From a virus (lineage: Duplodnaviria; Caudoviricetes), in the IMG/VR virus record IMGVR_UViG_3300036796_000024, positions 1 to 26,853 of that record: a stretch of 26,853 nucleotides of DNA, one strand, 5' to 3'. Below, piece after piece: positions 24,727 through 26,853 of the stretch. Every line of letters begins with the position of its first letter. The first letter of the stretch is position 1. A model generated the notes under the pieces. The model was not told the origin of the DNA, made no database searches, and was given only the letters and a program-made list of their open reading frames with translations. A program made the position numbers and the translations under genes.

Positions 24727-25401
24727 ATGGCTATTGGAATGAAGATTTCCAGGCGCGACGGAACATTTTTCGCATCACCTGATTTCACACCACTGATGCT
24801 GGTACAAGTTCAGGATGTAAACGTCCAGTCAGAGATAGGCCAGCCAGTTATTGGCACAAACGTTCCAAATGGAAAACAATGTTTCATGTTCGCTCGCGCA
24901 AGAGATGACGCTAGTGCAGGGATTTACGCTTACGTAAGGAATGGGGGCAATGGATACAAAGAGATAGTGGTAAATGCTGCCCTTTCTAACATATCTGGAG
25001 CCGGGTATACAGTATTTAGATTCTATCTTTTTTCAAACTTTATCCCATGGAGGCCAAGGTGGGGCGTCTTCTTTTTCAGCCCAACGACTGGCGAAATGAT
25101 TTACTCTGGAAATATGCTTCCATTACAAGTTATGAACTGGAATTATCTCTCACCTGCACCATCAGGATATCCATGCGCTGTGATCCCCTCTCTTCATGAT
25201 TTTACTGTGGAACCTATGCAAGAACGTGAATATCTCTGGACAGAAGACGTTTTTCACGGAGGAACAAATGGCTTAGATATAGTCCCCGTGACGGTAAGGA
25301 TTGTATCTGGAGTTGATGATAGCGCGGCTGTGCGGGCTAACTGTCTGTATATTGATACGCGCCTTTACGACGCGTATTACAGGATTTCACTTAATGTTTA
25401 A
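24727..25401 (+). CDS. Post-J tail tip protein, probable receptor-binding component, 224 aa
   Basis: MAIGMKI...WGVFFF...GEMIYSGNMLPL...LYIDTRLYD; lies between J and cor. Confidence 0.65.
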   Translation: MAIGMKISRRDGTFFASPDFTPLMLVQVQDVNVQSEIGQPVIGTNVPNGKQCFMFARARDDASAGIYAYVRNGGNGYKEIVVNAALSNISGAGYTVFRFYLFSNFIPWRPRWGVFFFSPTTGEMIYSGNMLPLQVMNWNYLSPAPSGYPCAVIPSLHDFTVEPMQEREYLWTEDVFHGGTNGLDIVPVTVRIVSGVDDSAAVRANCLYIDTRLYDAYYRISLNV

Positions 25402-25629
25402 CCCACACTTGGATAAATCAACTTCCCTCGCGTTTGCCCATTGTAGTTGATATGGTCCGCCTAACTGAACCAGCAACCCATTCGGCGATTCTTTAGTTGC
25501 CATGACTGGAATATTATAACCGCCATGGATATTGTTTGCTTTGGCATAGCAAATAGGCTTGGCAAGCATGTGAGAGCAACCAGAAACTGCAATCAGTGAC
25601 GCGAGGCATAGCAACTTAATGGTTTTCAT
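25387..25629 (-). CDS. cor: Cor-like superinfection exclusion lipoprotein, 80 aa
   Basis: Lipobox VSGC; P-x-C...GG...G-x-P-Y-x-x-x-W...C pattern of phi80/N15 Cor; SD AAAGGA; adjacent to tip genes. Confidence 0.78.
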   Translation of the reverse strand: MKTIKLLCLASLIAVSGCSHMLAKPICYAKANNIHGGYNIPVMATKESPNGLLVQLGGPYQLQWANAREVDLSKCGLNIK

Positions 25630-25779
25630 GTGTAATTCCTTTTAAGGTTGGTTATATACCCACAGGCAATTAGCTATTTCTGACTTTACCATGAAATCTG
25701 GCAGCAACCAGCTTGTCTGTGAGCAAAAGTTAGCCGCCTACCAATTTTAGTAGGTTTGACGGGTAATGATGATTTAAAA

Positions 25780-25828
25780 TTGATCGGTACAAACGATCAA
25801 TCTTCGAAAATTGATCTATCGTACCAAT
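25780..25828. promoter_or_regulatory. Cluster of three GATC sites within two OxyR-like half-sites
   Basis: GATC at 25782, 25795 and 25813; ATCG-N7-CGAT (25783-25797) and ATCT-N7-CAAT (25814-25828). Confidence 0.65.
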
Positions 25829-25857
25829 TTTAAAAGCCTTAGCAATACTGCTAGCGT
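25829..25857 (+). promoter_or_regulatory. Candidate promoter for the membrane moron
   Basis: TTTAAA, 17 bp, TAGCGT with extended -10 TG at 25849-25850. Confidence 0.45.
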
Positions 25858-25883
25858 TCTCTCATTGAATGAGAGGAGTATGC

Positions 25884-26171
25884 ATGTCGGTTAAGTACAC
25901 GGATGGGGCAAAGGTATTTATTGGAGCGGTATTGGTATCTTTAGCGATACTTTTGGTGATTATTTGCCGTATGACTAATGGGAGTAGCCAGGTGAAGCGG
26001 GATGTTTATAAGGTTCCCGAGCCAGAGGTAAAGTGCGTTGATGAAAACAAGATTGGATACCTGAACACTATGTACCCCAGGGATGGTTTGAAGCTTATTT
26101 ACGATTCAAAATCATCAGCAATATGCCTGAAGAGAGTTCAGGAGTATCGATGGTCTATCCATAAGGGCTGA
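25884..26171 (+). CDS. Moron-encoded single-pass membrane protein, 95 aa
   Basis: SD AGAGGAG; TM segment VFIGAVLVSLAILLVIIC; soluble domain with two Cys; own terminator. Confidence 0.75.
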   Translation: MSVKYTDGAKVFIGAVLVSLAILLVIICRMTNGSSQVKRDVYKVPEPEVKCVDENKIGYLNTMYPRDGLKLIYDSKSSAICLKRVQEYRWSIHKG

Positions 26172-26187
26172 TCGAAACATTTAATAG

Positions 26188-26209
26188 AACCCGCTACGGC
26201 GGGTTTTTT
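26188..26209 (+). terminator. Intrinsic terminator of the membrane moron
   Basis: AACCCGC-TACG-GCGGGTT followed by TTTT. Confidence 0.85.
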
Positions 26210-26233
26210 AATGCATAAAATTCAGGAGTAATC

Positions 26234-26853
26234 ATGTCTGCAGGAACACTTACGCTCACAAACAACAGCGCAGCAGTATCGGGCTCGGGAACGTCATTTA
26301 ATACTGAACTGGCGGCGGGTGATTTCATCGTTGTCACTGTCGGCGGTGTGCCGTACACGCTGCCGGTCAAATCAGTTGAGAGTGCAACAGCATTAACGCT
26401 CGTCAGCGTTTATACCGGGCCGACACAAGGCGGGGCGGCCTGGTCAGCTGTGCCACGCGTTGCAATGAACCTTGTCACTGCTGCGCTGGTTGCCCAGAGT
26501 GCCGAGGCTCTGCGCGGACTGAACTACGACAAGCAGAATTGGCAGCAGTTTTTCACAGCTGAAGGTGATGTGACAATCACTCTCCCAGATACCAGCCAGA
26601 CGACGGGCCCTTCAGCCAAGAAATTGAGTAATTTAGTGTCTGGAAAAGCTGACAAAACTGATCTGGATAAATATGCAAAGAAAGGTGCAAATGGAGACAT
26701 TACATCATTAACCGGTCTTACAACTGCTTTAAGCCTGGCGCAGGGCGGCCTTGGCTCGAATACAGCGGCTGGTGGACGGACGACACTTGGCCTTGGGTCT
26801 GCGGCAACAAAGGATACTGGGATTGGTGCCGGGCAAATACCTGATATTTCCAG
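26234..26853 (+). CDS. Side tail fibre protein, 5' part (runs off the window; not in the ORF track)
   Basis: SD CAGGAG; MSAGTLTLTNNSAAVSGSGTSF...AEALRGLNYDKQNWQQ...KGANGDITSLTGLTTALSLAQGGLG...LGLGSAATKD fibre motifs; open to the window end. Confidence 0.9.
   Translation, partial: MSAGTLTLTNNSAAVSGSGTSFNTELAAGDFIVVTVGGVPYTLPVKSVESATALTLVSVYTGPTQGGAAWSAVPRVAMNLVTAALVAQSAEALRGLNYDKQNWQQFFTAEGDVTITLPDTSQTTGPSAKKLSNLVSGKADKTDLDKYAKKGANGDITSLTGLTTALSLAQGGLGSNTAAGGRTTLGLGSAATKDTGIGAGQIPDIS

Larger units (their letters stand above)
1..26853 (+). mobile_element. Lambdoid (siphovirus-type) prophage/temperate phage late region; no attachment sites in the window
   Basis: Continuous syntenic lysis-terminase-portal-capsid-neck-tail-tape measure-M/L/K/I/J-fibre gene order, plus antirepressor cassette and morons. 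Confidence 0.97.

Noticed and set aside
26768-26775. Chi-like GCTGGTGG in the fibre gene
   Set aside because: A single octamer is expected by chance in 27 kb and the host is unknown
1-26853. CRISPR array, tRNA genes, IS elements, introns/inteins, diversity-generating retroelement or invertible fibre cassette
   Set aside because: No spaced repeats, tRNA cloverleaf with T-loop, transposase, reverse transcriptase or invertase seen; terL, portal and capsid are of ordinary uninterrupted length

Overview
The whole window is the late (lysis, head, tail) region of a temperate lambdoid siphophage/prophage of an enterobacterium, almost all on the + strand. Order: lambda-S-type holin with dual start, GH24 endolysin, Rz/Rz1, rha, two accessory genes, terS/terL, portal, head morphogenesis protein, protease/scaffold, decoration and major capsid proteins, neck genes, Ig-domain tail tube, tail chaperone, tape measure, lambda M/L/K/I/J-like tail tip, two post-J tip genes, a Cor-like exclusion lipoprotein, and the start of a side tail fibre (truncated by the window end). 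Inserted into this backbone are a P22 immI-like cassette (antirepressor, Sar-like antisense RNA, overlapping Pant/Pmnt-like promoters, Mnt-like repressor, but no arc) and three morons with their own promoter and terminator. Most notable: (1) a 147-aa accessory protein before terS that appears to be a scrambled mosaic of short motifs from this phage's own tape measure and J proteins (possible decoy or tail-assembly modulator); (2) a three-GATC, OxyR-like site resembling the P22 gtr Dam/OxyR switch between cor and a membrane moron; (3) a structured rha leader with an exact 7-nt loop-bulge pseudoknot; (4) a GGTAACCA repeat cluster inside terS (candidate pac site). All family assignments are by eye and from memory of the families; no database search was run.
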